Of a stretch of 64,000 nucleotides of DNA, positions 61,954 through 64,000 are shown piece by piece. The notes beneath the pieces were generated by a model that was not told the origin of the DNA, ran no database searches, and was given only the letters and a program-made list of their open reading frames with translations. Numbering within the stretch: the first letter of the stretch is position 1; each line of letters begins with the position of its first letter. Position numbers and translations under genes: made by a program. The stretch comes from Nitrospirota bacterium (GTDB lineage Bacteria > Nitrospirota > Nitrospiria > Nitrospirales > Nitrospiraceae), in assembly GCA_963701855.1 (NCBI GenBank), contig CAVPBK010000014.1, forward strand, positions 1 through 64,000. The letters run 5' to 3'.

Positions 61954-62564
61954 GACATGACCTTTTGGTGGCCCTGGTCTACCGGGTACTTGTGATGGCG
62001 TTCAACGAGCTTCCCGGTGTCGTCGTAAATCTCCTGATAAAATCGCACCGTTATCTCGTCGGCGTCAACCTCTTTTCACGTACCGAGCTTTCCAGCCCTG
62101 CTTGCCCAGCACATCAAGCCAGTGTCGCCGTCCCCCAGGAAGGAGAGTATCCCAATTGGAGAATTTCCGTTCATTCTGTTCGCGTGTGCTCACAGGTTCT
62201 GCAAGGCTCTAATAAATCAATATCTTGCCAAGCCTTATAGCAGTTCTCCAGGAAATTTCCCACAACCTCCATGCGTGCGCGGGCCCCGCGGACAGCAGGA
62301 GTGCAGGAGTTGATGGTCTATGAGGAGGGGAGCGAATGGTGTATAGCGGGAAGGGGGTGAAGAGAAGCGCTGATGGCGGGAAAGAAAGACCGTCGTTAAC
62401 GTGAAGCGTATTTCGTTTCAGATCAGACTCACCAAAGGGATGAACGACCAGAGGGGAGAGCCGAACGGCGAACCGACAGGCAGGCAAGCCCCGCGCCGAA
62501 AATGTTAGATTGCAAGACCCGACCAGATTTTTGACATGTGCGGTGGAGGAGTTAGTTGTCGAGT

Positions 62565-63668
62565 TTATTCCGCTTCTTCTGCGTACTCGTCGAGCACAGT
62601 GTCTGAGAGATGGGCGACATGCTTTTGCCCTGCCAGCTCACGCAAACTGTCATAGGACAGGTATGTGCAGCTTTCAGCGAGTGGGCCTTTTTCGAGCAGA
62701 GAAAACACAGGGCGGCGTATCTCTTGGAAGACCTTATCTCGCTTGGCGATAGGGGCAACTATGTGAAGTTTGATGTCCATGTTGGGTTGAAGAGCCAACA
62801 GATCTGCCATTCTCAGGAGGCCGGAGTAAACGGCAGTCGTGTGCTCAACCTCGAATGCGCGGACGATAGATCGACCACGTAGCCATATAACATCGATCTG
62901 TTCGATCGTGCGAAGTGTGGTGTCGTCGTAGTTGAGCGGTAGGCGCTCTAGTAAGAGTTGGCCATCGTTCTTCCACTCCTTAAGCACGCCACCGCGGTCG
63001 GCGCGGGGGAGCCAGATGGACATGCCCATTCGTGCTCCGATCTGAGCGATGAGGGATTGGATTCGAATTGACTCTCGGGCTTCTGCTTCCTGCGGCGCTG
63101 ACACATCTTCAGTGGGAGCTGCATCTTCAGGAACAGATACTGTGACTACTTTGTCAGGCCGGTTGACAGTGTGTGTTGCTAATTTCTTCCGCTCGGCTTC
63201 GTCAAGCGCATAGACCTGGTGGGAATTAGCCTGTGTGGTCAGCGCATCCGCCAAGAACTTGCCGTCCTTATCGTCAAGCTTAACAAGGCTACCGCGGACC
63301 TTGCCGGTCCACCCAATGGACCCCTTCTCAAGCGATCGAGTGAACGAAAGGCCATTCCATACTTTGTCATCGTGAATGGGGAGTGCTTGGTCGATTGGTA
63401 GCCACACCTTGGGTCGGACGCGGAAGCGAACAACAAAAGGGTCGTTCTCTGGAAGGAAGATCGGCTTGTTATCGATGAAGGGGCCTTCAAGGATCTCGAG
63501 AAGTCCGCACCAGCGCGACACTCGAGTTACGTAGCACGCAAACATGTCGCCTGGCTTGATTCGATCAGCCATTCCCTTGTGCCGCATTCGGAAGCCTGAT
63601 ATGTCTTGGGTCGAGCGGCCGAAGGCTTCATACGTTTCAGGTGAAAAAAGATCGATGTAGTAAGCCAT
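62565..63668 (-). CDS. EVE/PUA-like domain plus PD-(D/E)xK-like C-terminal domain
   Basis: N-terminal YYIDL.SPETY...IKPGD.F..Y; C-terminal EQIDVIW...AFEVEHTT. Confidence 0.65.
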   Translation of the reverse strand: MAYYIDLFSPETYEAFGRSTQDISGFRMRHKGMADRIKPGDMFACYVTRVSRWCGLLEILEGPFIDNKPIFLPENDPFVVRFRVRPKVWLPIDQALPIHDDKVWNGLSFTRSLEKGSIGWTGKVRGSLVKLDDKDGKFLADALTTQANSHQVYALDEAERKKLATHTVNRPDKVVTVSVPEDAAPTEDVSAPQEAEARESIRIQSLIAQIGARMGMSIWLPRADRGGVLKEWKNDGQLLLERLPLNYDDTTLRTIEQIDVIWLRGRSIVRAFEVEHTTAVYSGLLRMADLLALQPNMDIKLHIVAPIAKRDKVFQEIRRPVFSLLEKGPLAESCTYLSYDSLRELAGQKHVAHLSDTVLDEYAEEAE

Positions 63669-64000
63669 AGTGCTATTGGGCGATATCTAGCTATTAGGTC
63701 TGCCGCAGTCTACCCGTATAGCATAGCAAGGCGGTCTCAGGAGTCTGTTGTGGGGGAGTCTACTGCAAAGTCCAATGCGTATCTACTGCTCATCATCAGA
63801 ATGGTCCGTCTAAGCTCGCTCGTTACCCCTTCCTCTTTCATTTCATGTTTCGAGCTTCTTTCTCCTTCCCTCGCAGGAAGCCCGGATTGCTCCCTCACCG
63901 CCCGCATCTTTTATTAGCCACCCCTTTCCCCACGACTTTCTTTATAAAAGGGTATCCGTGGTGGTCCCACTGCGCCCGTTGAGCGAGCACATTCTGATCG

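Overview
Bacterial chromosomal window, probably from a Nitrospira-like organism (inferred from gene order and intergenic repeat family, not verified). 1-9 kb is an accessory signalling island: three CRP/FNR paralogues, a KaiC-KaiB-histidine kinase operon with a divergent NarL-type regulator, and six copies of a TGAGC-N6-GA(C/T)CA-type dyad, each placed like a class II CRP site before a -10 hexamer. 9.6-18.4 kb is a cyclic beta-1,2-glucan synthase bracketed by inverted MITE copies. 22-27 kb resembles a cold-acclimation cluster (two RRM proteins, frameshifted desaturase, DEAD-box helicase, small ATC-start ORF). An IS3 element precedes core genes (pilB-like, proS, rseP, dxr, cdsA, uppS, tldD, pmbA). 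At 43.1-45.7 kb a UG/Abi-type reverse transcriptase is packaged as an integron-style cassette (GTTATGC core site, 97-bp attC) beside a RelE/ParE toxin-antitoxin pair, with no integrase in the window. The rest holds udg, hpnD/E, an nrdJ remnant, a Ser/Thr kinase-PP2C-FHA module, a FolB-methyltransferase fusion and an EVE/nuclease-like putative defence gene. All family calls are from motif reading by eye; no searches were run.
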